A stretch of DNA of 64,000 bases from the NCBI GenBank assembly GCA_963822945.1, contig CAWGJO010000033.1, positions 32,001-96,000 of the forward strand, read 5' to 3'. Positions 31,929 through 42,154 of this stretch are shown one piece after another. The translations under genes were made by a program, and so were the position numbers. This DNA is from an uncultured Gemmatimonadaceae bacterium (GTDB taxonomy: Bacteria; Gemmatimonadota; Gemmatimonadetes; Gemmatimonadales; Gemmatimonadaceae). Numbering within the stretch: position 1 is the stretch's first letter; each line of letters begins with the position of its first letter. Below the pieces are notes generated by a model. It ran no database searches. It saw only the letters and a program-made list of their open reading frames with translations, and was not told where the DNA came from.

Positions 31929-32423
31929 ATGGATCCCCGTGCCGTCGCACCTGCCGAAATCCTCCGCATCAACACCAAACTCTTCCGCAACTGCCTGCAC
32001 GGGATGAGTCAGGCGCAGGCGGAGGCGCGTCCCTCCGGCGAGACCAACAGCGCGCTGTGGGTGGCCGCGCACATGGTGAAGGCGCGCTACGGACTGCTGA
32101 AGTGGCTCGGCGCGGAGCGCCCGAATCCGTTGCCGGCGGGGTTGATGACGGCCAAGAGCATCGACGAGGTGAACGCATGGCCGCCGGTGGCCGACGTCCT
32201 CGCCGCGTGGACCGAGGCCTCGCACGCTCTGCGCGACCGGCTGTCGGCGATGACCGCGGCGCAGTTGAGCACGCCGGTGGACGTGCGGTTCCCGGTGTTC
32301 GAGCAGACCACGTTCGCGCTGCTCACCTTCATGGTGCAGCACGATACCTATCATCTCGGCCAGCTCTCGGCGCTGCGGAAGCTCGCCGGGTTGCCGGGGA
32401 TGAGTTACACCGACCCCTCGTAG
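31929..32423 (+). CDS. DinB family protein
   Basis: NSALWVAAH and HDTYHLGQL..LRK. Confidence 0.85.
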   Translation: MDPRAVAPAEILRINTKLFRNCLHGMSQAQAEARPSGETNSALWVAAHMVKARYGLLKWLGAERPNPLPAGLMTAKSIDEVNAWPPVADVLAAWTEASHALRDRLSAMTAAQLSTPVDVRFPVFEQTTFALLTFMVQHDTYHLGQLSALRKLAGLPGMSYTDPS

Positions 32424-32434
32424 CCCCGCCGCCG

Positions 32435-33406
32435 ATGCCCTCATTGTCCCGTCGCGAATTCATCGCCACCTCCGGAAGCTGCGCCGCGCACCTCGCGCTC
32501 GCCGCCGCCGTCTCGCCGCGGATTCTCCGCGACCTCTGGGCCGCGCGCCCGCTGGGTCCGGTCGTTGCCACGGCGCCCTTTGCCCGCATCGAGCGCGTGG
32601 GTGAGAACATCTGGGCGCTCGTGTCCACGCCCCTCGGCGGCGACTACACCACCGTGTCCAATGGCGGCATCATTGCCGGCCGGAACGCCGTGCTCGCCAT
32701 CGAGGGGTTCCAGACACCCAAGGGCGCCGCGTGGCTGGCCGAACAGGCGCATGCGCTCACCGGCCGCTGGCCCACGCACGTGCTCGTGACCCACTACCAC
32801 TCCGACCACTCCAACGGCGTGGCGGGCTACGTGACGGCCGATCACCACCCGGAACTGAGCGTCACGCAGATCACGCGCGACGAGGCGATCGCGCGCAACA
32901 AACCGGCGGACGCCGACCGCACGGCCGCGCTGAACGATGCCGTGCTCATGTCGCCCACCGACTCGGCTACCCTCGACCTCGGCGGCCGCAGCATCCGCGT
33001 CGTGCCCCAACTCGGCCACACCGACAGCGATGTGGCGCTGGAACTCGACGACGCGAACCTCGTGTTCACCGGCGATCTGTTCTGGAACGCGATGTTTCCG
33101 AACTACGTGGACGCCATTCCGAGCAAGCTCTCGGCGTCGGTGCGCGTGTTGCGCGCGCGGAACGCGGCGACGTACGTGCCGGGGCACGGGGCGGTGGGTA
33201 CACCGGCCGACCTCGATCGGTACACCGCGATGATCGACGACGTGGAACGCGCGGCGCGGAAGGCGCACGCCGCCGGCACGAGCGCCGGCGACGCGGCCGC
33301 CGCCTACACCATTCCGGCATCCACCGGGGAGTGGACGATGTTCGGTAAGACGTTCGTCGAGCGTGCGTTCACGGCCTGGTACCGCGAGCTCGGAGGGGCG
33401 GGGTGA
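32435..33406 (+). CDS. Tat-exported MBL-fold metallohydrolase
   Basis: SRREFI; THYHSDHSNG, GHT, TGDL, VPGHG. Confidence 0.9.
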   Translation: MPSLSRREFIATSGSCAAHLALAAAVSPRILRDLWAARPLGPVVATAPFARIERVGENIWALVSTPLGGDYTTVSNGGIIAGRNAVLAIEGFQTPKGAAWLAEQAHALTGRWPTHVLVTHYHSDHSNGVAGYVTADHHPELSVTQITRDEAIARNKPADADRTAALNDAVLMSPTDSATLDLGGRSIRVVPQLGHTDSDVALELDDANLVFTGDLFWNAMFPNYVDAIPSKLSASVRVLRARNAATYVPGHGAVGTPADLDRYTAMIDDVERAARKAHAAGTSAGDAAAAYTIPASTGEWTMFGKTFVERAFTAWYRELGGAG

Positions 33407-34146
33407 CGCTCGGGTCCAAGGCGGATCTCAATGGCATGCGCCGCGTCGGCCGCCTGGTGGCCGACGCCCACGCGTTCCTCGCGCGGCAGGTAGCCGTGGG
33501 CATGACCACCGCCGAGCTGGACGAACGCGGGGCGAAGTTCATTCGCGCGCGCGGCGGGCGCTCGGCCCCGCAGCTCACCTACCGGTTCCCCGGCTTCAAT
33601 CTCATCAGCGTCAACGACCAGATCGTGCACGGCGTGCCGGGCGACCGCGTGTTGGCGCGCGGCGATCTGGTGAAGCTCGACATCACCGTGGAGCTGGACG
33701 GGTTCGTGGCCGACGCCGCGCGCACCATCGCGCTGCCCGGAGCGCCGGCGGTGGCGCGGCGGCTCATGCGGTGCGTGCGGCGTGCGTTCACCGCCGCCAT
33801 GGCCGAGGCGCGCGATGGCCGCCCGGTGCGCGGCATCGGCCGCGCCATCGAGCACGAGGTGGTGCGCGACGGGTTCGCCGTGGTGCGGGAACTCACGGGG
33901 CATGGGGTGGGGCGCACCATCCACGAGTCGCCCACCGTGCTGAACTACGAAGACCCGCGTGACCGCGCGGTGCTGCACGAGGGGATGGTGCTGGCCGTCG
34001 AACCGATCATCACCGAACGCCCGTCCCGCACCGTGGAGGAGCGTGACGGATGGACCATCCGGTCGCGCAACCACGCCCTGTCGGCGCATTACGAGAATAC
34101 CATCGTCGTCCGGCAGGGACGCCCGCTCATCCTCACCGCGGCGTAA
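33403..34146 (+). CDS. map: Type I methionine aminopeptidase
   Basis: ISVNDQIVHGVP, KLDIT..DGFVAD, GHGVG..IHE, AVEP, SAHYENT; GTGA overlap with the upstream gene. Confidence 0.92.
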   Translation: MTLGSKADLNGMRRVGRLVADAHAFLARQVAVGMTTAELDERGAKFIRARGGRSAPQLTYRFPGFNLISVNDQIVHGVPGDRVLARGDLVKLDITVELDGFVADAARTIALPGAPAVARRLMRCVRRAFTAAMAEARDGRPVRGIGRAIEHEVVRDGFAVVRELTGHGVGRTIHESPTVLNYEDPRDRAVLHEGMVLAVEPIITERPSRTVEERDGWTIRSRNHALSAHYENTIVVRQGRPLILTAA

Positions 34147-34267
34147 TCCACGTCACAACCAGAGCGGCAAGTGGCAGGACCTTCAGTTGAACGGCTTCGT
34201 TTCGGGGGACGTGCAACAATCGTCCCGATGTGGGGGTAGTCCCCAGAACCCGCAACGGAGGAGTCGC

Positions 34268-34849
34268 ATGAAGCGTGCATTCGTGAGCATGGCGGTCGTG
34301 ACCGCATTGATCGGGAGCGTCGCGCCGGCGGCGCACGCCCAGAGCGGACTTGGGATCAAGGGCGGCGCGACGTTCAGCAACGTCACGACCACCGGCATCA
34401 ATCCGGGCGCCCTGCAGTCGCGCACCGGCTATTCCATCGGTCTCGGCTACGAGAGCGGTTCGCCGCTCGGAATCGGGATCGAGGGGCTGTATACGCAGCA
34501 GGGTGTCACGAGCACCACGCCCGGCGCGGCGCGCGAGTTGAACTACATCGACGTGCCGGTCTATCTGCGGCTGAGCATGCCCATTCCGGGCCTCTCGCCG
34601 TTTGCGTACGCGGGACCGCAGGCGTCGTTCGAGATGTCGTGCAACGCCGGCGGCAGCAGCTGCCCCGACACCGGCCGTCCGAAGACGACGTACGCCGGCG
34701 TTTTCGGCGCCGGCGTACGGGTGATGGGCGGTCTCACGCTCGAGGGCCGCTACGTCTACGGCCTCACGGACCTCAAGCTGGCCACGGTGCAGAGCATCAA
34801 CAGCTACAAGAGCCGCACCTTCATGGTGCTGGTCGGCTTCGGGTTCTAG
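34268..34849 (+). CDS. Porin-family/outer-membrane beta-barrel protein
   Basis: RBS GGAGG; signal peptide; GIKGG, LYTQQG, YIDVPV, EGRY.YGL; terminal Phe. Confidence 0.8.
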   Translation: MKRAFVSMAVVTALIGSVAPAAHAQSGLGIKGGATFSNVTTTGINPGALQSRTGYSIGLGYESGSPLGIGIEGLYTQQGVTSTTPGAARELNYIDVPVYLRLSMPIPGLSPFAYAGPQASFEMSCNAGGSSCPDTGRPKTTYAGVFGAGVRVMGGLTLEGRYVYGLTDLKLATVQSINSYKSRTFMVLVGFGF

Positions 34850-34852
34850 TCG

Positions 34853-37138
34853 TCATTTCGCGCGCTCCAGTGTGGAGGCGGCGTCGTTCACCAACGCCGC
34901 CTCCGCGCTGAGGGCGTTGGCGATGCGCAGGATCTGCGCATTCACGTCGCTCCACTCGCCCTGTTCGATGGCCTCGCGCGCTCCCGGCATCGTCTTCACG
35001 CCGTAGCCGGTGTAGAAACCCGGCGCGTAGAGCAGGTGCTTGTACCACGGCCGCTTCGGCAGGCCGTCCGGTGACGTGAGGTCACGCTCCGACCTGAGCA
35101 GCTGCTCGTTCACTCCGCGCAGCGCCGCCTCCGCCGTATCCGCGGCCGCGTCCCACGCGCCATAGGCCTTCTCGAACCGCGCCGCGGCGGCGTTCAACGT
35201 GTCCACCGCATTGAGCAGCGGCGCGAAGTTGAACTGCGGCGGCGGCACCTTCACCGCCGGCGCGCCGGTGGGATCCTCGGGATCGCTGACCATCGCGAAG
35301 TCGCCGGCCCTGATCGCGCGGTTGGTGGCCTCGATGGCGCGCGCGCGCTGGTCCCGGAGCTGCTGCAGCTCCGCGGTGTACCGCTGCACCGTCTGCGCCA
35401 GGTTGGTATAGACGAAGGGCAGCACGTCGGCATCGGCCAGCCGCATCACCATCCGGCCGGCCGTCTGCGCCAGCGCCCGGCCGTACACGAACGACGTGTC
35501 GCTGAAGTGCGTGTACCAGTAGAAGTCGTCGTAGATGGAATGGTAGATGCCGCTCTGGTCCTCGCCGCCGAAGCCGAGGTTGAGCGAGGCGATGCCCAGG
35601 TGCTGCAGGAAGGGCGTGTAGTCGGAGCCCGAGCCGAGCGCTCCGATGCGGATGTCGGCGTTGGGCCCGCCGTTGCCGTCCGCACCGCCGCGCCCGCCAC
35701 CGCCCTCGGCGGCGCGCACCGCCTGCTGCGCCTTGGCGCGCTTCCACACGCTGACGTGCGCTTCGGGGTCCATCACGTCCTTCTCGGCCTCGTTCACGAA
35801 CGCCTCGAGCGAGTGCGAGCCCGATGCGCGGAAGAAGCCGCGGCCGTTGCCGTCGGTGTTGATGTACGCCACCGCGTGCTGCGCCAGCTCGTCGGCGTGC
35901 TCCTCCACCCACTCGGTGGAGCCGAGCAGTCCCGGCTCCTCGCCGTCCCACGCCGCGTAGATGATGGTGCGCTTGGGACGCCAGCCCTGCTTGTACAGTT
36001 CACCCAGCGCGCGGGCCTCCTCCAGCTCGGCCACCTGGCCAGACAGCGGATCGGCGGCGCCGTTGACCCAGGCGTCGTGGTGGTTGCCGCGGATCACCCA
36101 CTGGTCGGCCTCGGTGGTGCCGGGCAGCTTGGCGATCACGTCGTGCAGCGTCTTGAGATCCCAGTTGGACCTGACCACCAGGTGCACGCGGGCCGGGCCC
36201 GAGCCCAGGCGATAGGTGATCGGCAGTCCGCCGCGCCAGGCGGCGGGCGCCACCGGACCGCCCATGGCGGCCAGCAGCGGCTGCGCGTCGCCGTACGAGA
36301 TGGGCAGCACCGGGATCTTGGTGAGTGTGGGCGCCTGATCCACGGGCAGCCGCTTGGCGTCCTTGGTGGCGCCGATGCCCGGCGTGAGCGGATCGCCGGG
36401 ATACGTCGGCATGTCTTCCACGCTGCCGCGCTGCACGCCTTGCGGGGGACGCATCGGTCCCTTCGGGAAGACGGCGCCGCCCGCGTACCCGTCGTCGGCC
36501 GGGTCGGAATAGATGAGACAGCCCACGGCACCGTGCTCGGCGGCCACTTTGGGCTTGATGCCGCGCCACGAACCGCCGTACTTGGCGATCACGATCGCGC
36601 CCTTCACCGAGATACCGTGCCGGGCCAGCTCGTCGTAGTCGGCCGGGATGCCGTAGTTCACGAACACCAGCGGGCCGGTCACGTCGCCGTCGGCGGAGTA
36701 CGCGTTGTAGGTGGGGAGCTGCTCCGACGTCTGGTTGGACGTCGGATCCTCCGGCACCACCGGCTCCTGCAGCTTGGCGGTGTAGTGCGTGGGGGCGATC
36801 ATCTCTACCAGCCGCTGCTTCGGCGTCGGGAAGAGCACGTCGAAGGTCTCGATGTGTGCGTCCCAGCCCCACGACTTGTACTGCGCCAGGATCCACTCGG
36901 CGTTCTGCAGGTCGTAGGGCGAGCCCACGTGGTGCGGGCGCGCCGACAGCAGCTTCATGTTGGCGCGCAGGCGGGCGGGGTCGGGAATGGCGTCGAACTT
37001 GGCTTCCCAACTGCGCTCGACACGGGAGGTGGCGGCGGTGAAGCCGCGCAGCGGCGCCGGCTCGGGGGCGAACCGCGCGGGCAGCAGCGTGAGTCCGCCC
37101 AGGGCGGCGAGGACGGGGAGGGTGAGTCGGGGCGTCAT
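34853..37138 (-). CDS. M28B glutamate carboxypeptidase II-like peptidase (PA and TfR dimerisation domains)
   Basis: RPHHVGS, LIYSDP, QRGSV, GNHHDAW, WDGEE, GSGSDY, YHSIYD, RPWYKHLLYAPG. Confidence 0.92.
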   Translation of the reverse strand: MTPRLTLPVLAALGGLTLLPARFAPEPAPLRGFTAATSRVERSWEAKFDAIPDPARLRANMKLLSARPHHVGSPYDLQNAEWILAQYKSWGWDAHIETFDVLFPTPKQRLVEMIAPTHYTAKLQEPVVPEDPTSNQTSEQLPTYNAYSADGDVTGPLVFVNYGIPADYDELARHGISVKGAIVIAKYGGSWRGIKPKVAAEHGAVGCLIYSDPADDGYAGGAVFPKGPMRPPQGVQRGSVEDMPTYPGDPLTPGIGATKDAKRLPVDQAPTLTKIPVLPISYGDAQPLLAAMGGPVAPAAWRGGLPITYRLGSGPARVHLVVRSNWDLKTLHDVIAKLPGTTEADQWVIRGNHHDAWVNGAADPLSGQVAELEEARALGELYKQGWRPKRTIIYAAWDGEEPGLLGSTEWVEEHADELAQHAVAYINTDGNGRGFFRASGSHSLEAFVNEAEKDVMDPEAHVSVWKRAKAQQAVRAAEGGGGRGGADGNGGPNADIRIGALGSGSDYTPFLQHLGIASLNLGFGGEDQSGIYHSIYDDFYWYTHFSDTSFVYGRALAQTAGRMVMRLADADVLPFVYTNLAQTVQRYTAELQQLRDQRARAIEATNRAIRAGDFAMVSDPEDPTGAPAVKVPPPQFNFAPLLNAVDTLNAAAARFEKAYGAWDAAADTAEAALRGVNEQLLRSERDLTSPDGLPKRPWYKHLLYAPGFYTGYGVKTMPGAREAIEQGEWSDVNAQILRIANALSAEAALVNDAASTLERAK

Positions 37139-37279
37139 GGCAGGGAGGGGTTGTGCGGACAGTGGCGGGCAGGGGGGAACCCGGCCAAATTGGAGCGCCG
37201 TCCCGTCCGGCGCCAGACGCACCCGATGGTTCGCCTCTTCGCGCTCCCCCGCTCGACCTCTCCCCAATCCCCCCGCGGC

Positions 37280-38404
37280 ATGCCTCGCCTCATTCGATTG
37301 GCCGTTCCGGCCCTCGTGGTGCTGTGTTCGTCGGTCGCCACCGCGCAGCAGCGTCCCGACCCCTCCACGGTCGACACGTTCGTGATCGCGAACTTCCGCA
37401 CCGAGAGCGGCACCGTGCTCCCGTCGGCGCGCGTGGTGTACGGCACGTACGGGCATCTGAACGCCGCGCACGACAATGCCGTGCTGCTGCCGTCGCACTA
37501 CATGGCCAACCACCGCGGATACGAATGGCTCATCGGGCCGGGCCGCGCGCTCGACACCACGCGCCTGTTCCTGGTGGCCACCGAACTTTTCGGCAATGGC
37601 CATTCGTCGTCGCCGAGCAATACGCCCGAGCCGTTTCACGGGCCGCGCTTTCCGGTGACGACCATTCGCGACAACGTCGAGGCGGTCCACCGGCTGCTCA
37701 CGGAGCGGCTCGGCATCACGCACGTGCGCGCCGTCATCGGGTTCTCGATGGGGGCGCAGCAGGCATTCCAGTGGGCGGTGAGCTATCCCGACTTCGCCGA
37801 CCGGGTGGTGGCCACGTCCGGCACCGCCAAGACGTACGGCCACGGCATCGTGCGCCTCGAGGGGCAGATCGCGGCGATCACCGCCGACCAGACCTTCAAC
37901 GGCGGCGACTACACCAGCGAACCCGTGAAGGGAATGCAGGCCTTCGGGATGGTGTGGGCCGGGTGGCTGTACTCGCAGGAGTGGTGGCGCCGCGAGCTGT
38001 GGCGCACCAACACGCCGCCGGGCACGACGTTCGAGCAGGTGGTGAACAACTTCCGCACCAACTTCCTCAAGGGCGCCGACGCCAACGACGTGATCCTGCA
38101 GGCGCGCACCTGGCAGCGGCACGACGTGGGGCAGACACCGGGCTTCCACGGCAGCGTCGAAGCGGCGCTGCGCTCCATTCGCGTGCCCTTTCTCTACATG
38201 CCGTCGGAAACCGACATGTACTTCCCGATCACCGACGCGCGCTACGAACAGCAGTTCATGCGCACCGTGTCGTTCGTGCCGATTCCGTCGCTGTGGGGGC
38301 ACCCGGCGGGCGCGGGCGCGAGCCCGGCCGATCTCGCGTTCCTGAACGACAAGATCGGCCGCTTTCTGCGCGGGGAGAAGGTGACGGCGGGGCCGGAGCG
38401 GTAG
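37280..38404 (+). CDS. Signal-peptide-bearing alpha/beta hydrolase of the homoserine O-acetyltransferase-like family
   Basis: YGTYGHLNA..DNAVL, GFSMGAQQ nucleophile elbow, DMYFP, WGH. Confidence 0.8.
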   Translation: MPRLIRLAVPALVVLCSSVATAQQRPDPSTVDTFVIANFRTESGTVLPSARVVYGTYGHLNAAHDNAVLLPSHYMANHRGYEWLIGPGRALDTTRLFLVATELFGNGHSSSPSNTPEPFHGPRFPVTTIRDNVEAVHRLLTERLGITHVRAVIGFSMGAQQAFQWAVSYPDFADRVVATSGTAKTYGHGIVRLEGQIAAITADQTFNGGDYTSEPVKGMQAFGMVWAGWLYSQEWWRRELWRTNTPPGTTFEQVVNNFRTNFLKGADANDVILQARTWQRHDVGQTPGFHGSVEAALRSIRVPFLYMPSETDMYFPITDARYEQQFMRTVSFVPIPSLWGHPAGAGASPADLAFLNDKIGRFLRGEKVTAGPER

Positions 38405-38412
38405 GACCGCGC

Positions 38413-38979
38413 ATGGCGCAGGAGTCACCGAGCGCTCGGGGCACCGCGCAGCTCACGCGCAACGCGCGCCTGGGGTTGCTCGTGCTGCTGGCGGTCTACG
38501 GGGTGGTGTGCTACCGGAGCCCGATGTCCGGGCACCTCATCGACAGTGTCGACCTCGCCATCCACGAGACCGGGCACCTGGTGTTCGCGCCGTTCGGCGA
38601 GGTGATCCAGTTCGCGGGCGGCACGCTCTTCCAGTTGATCGTGCCGCTGACCTTTCTCGCCTACTTTCTGCGCTTCGGGCCCAAGCGCGACGACTTCGCG
38701 GCGTCGGTGATGTTGTGGTGGGTTGCCGTCAATCTCTGGAACATCGGCGTGTACATGGCCGACGCGCGCACGCAGGCGCTGCCGCTGGTGGGCGGCGGCG
38801 AGCACGACTGGGCGTACCTGTTCGGGCACTTCGGCCTGCTCGCCCACGACACCTCCATTGCCGCGAGCGTGCGCGGACTGGGCACGCTGATCTTCCTGAT
38901 CGCGCTGATCCGGGGCTACCTGGCGGCCGTCCGCGCGCCGGCGGAGGACGAGGTGGACGGAGAAGCCGGCGCGCGGTAA
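38413..38979 (+). CDS. Membrane protein with HExxH motif (possible zinc metallopeptidase)
   Basis: IHETGH, GGTLFQ, YMADA, HDW, several TM helices. Confidence 0.65.
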   Translation: MAQESPSARGTAQLTRNARLGLLVLLAVYGVVCYRSPMSGHLIDSVDLAIHETGHLVFAPFGEVIQFAGGTLFQLIVPLTFLAYFLRFGPKRDDFAASVMLWWVAVNLWNIGVYMADARTQALPLVGGGEHDWAYLFGHFGLLAHDTSIAASVRGLGTLIFLIALIRGYLAAVRAPAEDEVDGEAGAR

Positions 38980-38988
38980 GCTCTCCGC

Positions 38989-40449
38989 ATGCCTACCACT
39001 CGAGTCTTCCGTTCCCCCCGCGTCGCAAGCCTCGCGGCCGCGGCGACCGCCTGTCTGTTCGTCGCCGCCGCGGTGGCGCCAGCCGCTGCCCAGCGTCCCA
39101 CGCTCTCCCGCAACGTGATGCAGTACGTGAGCGTCGACACGACCGTCGTCGCGCTGACGCACGTGCGCGTGATCGACGGTACCGGCGCCGCACCCCGGGA
39201 AGATCAGACGCTCATTCTGCGCGACGGGAACATCGCCGCGATGGGCCCCGCCGGCTCGGTGCCGGTTCCCGCCGGCGCGCAGGTCATGGACCTCACGGGC
39301 AAGTCGGTGATCCCGGGGCTCGTGATGATGCACGAGCATCTGTTCTATCCGTCGGGGCCGGGCGTGTACGGCAGCGACTTCGTGAGCTTCCCGCGACTGT
39401 ACCTGGCGGGGGGCGTCACCACGATGCGCACCACCGGCAACGTGAGCGGCTACGGCGACCTGCGCATGGCCGCGGCCATCAAGGCGGGCGACCAGCCCGG
39501 GCCCTGGATCGACGCCACGGCGCCGTACGTGCAGGGGCCGTCGCCCTTCTTCCAGATGTATGCGCTCAAGGACTCGGCGGACGCGCGCCGCTACGTGAAC
39601 TTCTGGGCCGACGCGGGCGCCACGTCGTTCAAGGCGTACATGAACATCACGCGCCCCGAACTGGCGGCGGCCATCGATGCCGCGCACAAGCGCGGGCTCA
39701 AGGTCACCGGGCACCTTTGCTCCGTGACCTACCGCGAGGCGGCGGACCTCGGCATCGACGATCTCGAGCACGGCTTCTTCGTGTCCACGGACTTCGTGAA
39801 GAACAAGCAGCCCGACCTCTGTCCGGGGCAGGCCCAGGGGATGCAGGCACTGGCCACCGTCGACACGGGCAGCCCGGCATTCAAGTCGCTCGTGCAGCAC
39901 CTCGTGGCCAAGCACGTCGCCATCACGTCCACGCTCACCGTGTTCGAGACCTTCACGCCCGGGCAGCCGATTCCGCCCGGCATCGACGTGCTCGATCCGA
40001 TTCTCAAGGAACAGTTCCTGAAGAACTACGAGCGGACGCAGAGCCGGCCCGACTCGCCGTACCGAAAGCTGTTCGCCGAGGACCGGGCCATGGAGGTGGC
40101 ATTCGTGCGGGCGGGCGGGTTGCTGCTCGCCGGCACCGACCCCACGGGCGGCGGCGGCGTGATTCCCGGCTATTCCGACCAGCGCCAGGTGGAACTGCTC
40201 GTGGGCAGTGGCTTCACGCCGCTCGAGGCCATCAAGATCTGCACCCTGAACGGCGCCACATACCTGGGCCGCGCCGATCGCATCGGGTCAATCGCCGCCG
40301 GCAAGCAGGCCGACCTGGTGGTGATCGACGGCAATCCGGCGGCGAACATCGACGACATCGCGAAGGTGGAGCTCGTGTTCAAGCAGGGCGTGGGGTACGA
40401 CCCGGCCAAGCTGATCGGGTCGGTGAAGGGGAGGGTCGGGTTGTATTGA
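38989..40449 (+). CDS. Secreted amidohydrolase family protein
   Basis: IPGLVMMHEH, GVTTMR, FKAY, VTGH, LEHG, AGTD, GKQADLV. Confidence 0.92.
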   Translation: MPTTRVFRSPRVASLAAAATACLFVAAAVAPAAAQRPTLSRNVMQYVSVDTTVVALTHVRVIDGTGAAPREDQTLILRDGNIAAMGPAGSVPVPAGAQVMDLTGKSVIPGLVMMHEHLFYPSGPGVYGSDFVSFPRLYLAGGVTTMRTTGNVSGYGDLRMAAAIKAGDQPGPWIDATAPYVQGPSPFFQMYALKDSADARRYVNFWADAGATSFKAYMNITRPELAAAIDAAHKRGLKVTGHLCSVTYREAADLGIDDLEHGFFVSTDFVKNKQPDLCPGQAQGMQALATVDTGSPAFKSLVQHLVAKHVAITSTLTVFETFTPGQPIPPGIDVLDPILKEQFLKNYERTQSRPDSPYRKLFAEDRAMEVAFVRAGGLLLAGTDPTGGGGVIPGYSDQRQVELLVGSGFTPLEAIKICTLNGATYLGRADRIGSIAAGKQADLVVIDGNPAANIDDIAKVELVFKQGVGYDPAKLIGSVKGRVGLY

Positions 40450-40450
40450 G

Positions 40451-40498
40451 GGTCGGACAGTCGGACAGTCGGACGGTCGGACGGTGAGGCGGTGAGGT
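40451..40498 (+). repeat. 8-nt array (RGTCGGAC)x4 plus (GGTGAGGY)x2
   Basis: Fills essentially the whole intergenic space between the stop at 40449 and GTG at 40500. Confidence 0.9.
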
Positions 40499-40499
40499 C

Positions 40500-41249
40500 G
40501 TGACGCGCTGGCCGGCGTATCTCGCCGAGTTGATCGGCACGGCGCTGCTGATTCTCGTCGGGTTGTCGTTCGTCATTCTCGACTTCGGCGCCGGCAGCCC
40601 GGTAGTTGCGGCCATTCCCGATCCGCTGCTCCGCCGGGCGCTGACCGGATTGCTGTTCGGGGCCACCGGCGCGGCCATCGCCGTGTCGCGCGTGGGCAAG
40701 ATCAGCGGCGCTCACATCAATCCGGTGGTCACGCTCGCCTTTCGTCTCCAGGGCACGCTCTCCACGCGCGACACGATCGGGTATACCGTGGCGCAATTCG
40801 CCGGCGCACTGCTCGGCGCGCTGCCCCTGCTGCTCTGGGGCACGATGGGGCGGAGCGTGGCGTTCGGGAGCACCGTCCCGGGGACCGGCTATTCCGTGTG
40901 GGCCGCGCTCGGCGGCGAGCTCGTGACCACCGCGGCGCTCATCATCGGGCTGTTCGTGTTCATCGGGCACGGGACGCTCCGGCGGTACACGCCGCTGCTC
41001 TTTCCCGTGTTGTACGCCGTGATGGTCGCCGTGGAAGCCCCGCTGTCGGGCACCAGCACGAACCCGGCCCGTACCTTCGGGCCGGCCGTCGTCGCCGGCG
41101 TGTGGAGCGGGTGGTGGATCTATCTCGCGGGTCCCGTGGCCGGCACGCTGGTGGGGCTCGCGATCTTCCGGACGCGGTGGTTCGCCAGGTTCGAGGTCGA
41201 CGTGGCCAAGGTCTACCACTTCACCTACCGGGCCAACTCCCGTCAGTAG
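40500..41249 (+). CDS. MIP family channel (aquaporin-like)
   Basis: [16 protein letters not shown] (NPV), [13 protein letters not shown]. Confidence 0.92.
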   Translation: MTRWPAYLAELIGTALLILVGLSFVILDFGAGSPVVAAIPDPLLRRALTGLLFGATGAAIAVSRVGKISGAHINPVVTLAFRLQGTLSTRDTIGYTVAQFAGALLGALPLLLWGTMGRSVAFGSTVPGTGYSVWAALGGELVTTAALIIGLFVFIGHGTLRRYTPLLFPVLYAVMVAVEAPLSGTSTNPARTFGPAVVAGVWSGWWIYLAGPVAGTLVGLAIFRTRWFARFEVDVAKVYHFTYRANSRQ

Positions 41250-42067
41250 GACGGCCGGTCCAGCTTTGCCGCCTGCATGATGGTGGCCGACAGCTCCTCG
41301 ATCGACTTGGTCGAGGAGTCGAGCCACTGGATGCACTCGCGCGTCATCATGTGCTTGGCGGCCTCCACCTCGTAGCGGCAGTTCTCGATCGAGGCGTAGG
41401 TGCTGTTGGGGCGGCGGGCGTGGCGGATGCTCGACAGACGGTCGGGGCTGATCGAGAGTCCGAACAGCTTTGCCCGGTGCGACGCCAGGTCGTCGGGCAG
41501 CTTTTTCCGCTCGAAATCCTCGGGAATGAGCGGGAAGTTGGCCGCCTTCACGCCGAACTGGAGCGCCAGGTAGAGGCTCGTGGGCGTCTTGCCGCTGCGG
41601 GAGACCCCGACCAGGATGATGTCGGCCTGGTCGAGGTCCGTGCTCGTGACCCCGTCGTCGTGCGCCAGCGTGAAGTTCACGGCGTCGATGCGGTTGGTGT
41701 AGTCGAGACTGGTCGCCACCTTCCGGGATTTCCCGATGGCATGAGAACTGCGAGCATGGAATTCTGCCTCCAGCGGGGCAATGAAGGTCGAGAAGAAATC
41801 GAGGATCAGGGCGTCGGCCTCACGCAGCCGGTCCGCCACCTCGGGATTCACGAGCGTCGAGATCACGACGGGGCGGACGCCGTCCAGCGCCTGGGCAGCG
41901 CGAATCTGCGCCACGCAGTCCAGGACCTTCTCGGCGCTGTCCACGAAGGGGATGCGCACCTGTCGGAAGGTGATCCCTTCGAATTGGGAGAGCAGGCTGT
42001 GTCCCAACGACTCGGCGGTGATGCCGGTGCCGTCGGAGATGAAGAAGACGGTGCGCTTCGCGGCCAT
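41243..42067 (-). CDS. ppsR: PEP synthase regulatory kinase/pyrophosphorylase
   Basis: [38 protein letters not shown]; divergent from ppsA. Confidence 0.95.
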   Translation of the reverse strand: MAAKRTVFFISDGTGITAESLGHSLLSQFEGITFRQVRIPFVDSAEKVLDCVAQIRAAQALDGVRPVVISTLVNPEVADRLREADALILDFFSTFIAPLEAEFHARSSHAIGKSRKVATSLDYTNRIDAVNFTLAHDDGVTSTDLDQADIILVGVSRSGKTPTSLYLALQFGVKAANFPLIPEDFERKKLPDDLASHRAKLFGLSISPDRLSSIRHARRPNSTYASIENCRYEVEAAKHMMTRECIQWLDSSTKSIEELSATIMQAAKLDRPSY

Positions 42068-42154
42068 GAAAGTGGGACTCGCGTGCTGATGGGTTAGACT
42101 AATTGTAGCGCTTCGCAGACTGAAATCCCCAATCAAGACCTAGGACTGCCGGCA

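Noticed and set aside
29253..32423. 1056-aa ORF and other long Arg/Ala/Gly-rich or antisense ORFs (for example 16046..18688, 48774..51593, 51675..54806)
   Set aside because: Shadow frames typical of ~70% GC DNA, or chance fusions caused by frameshifts; recognisable domains are explained by the shorter calls
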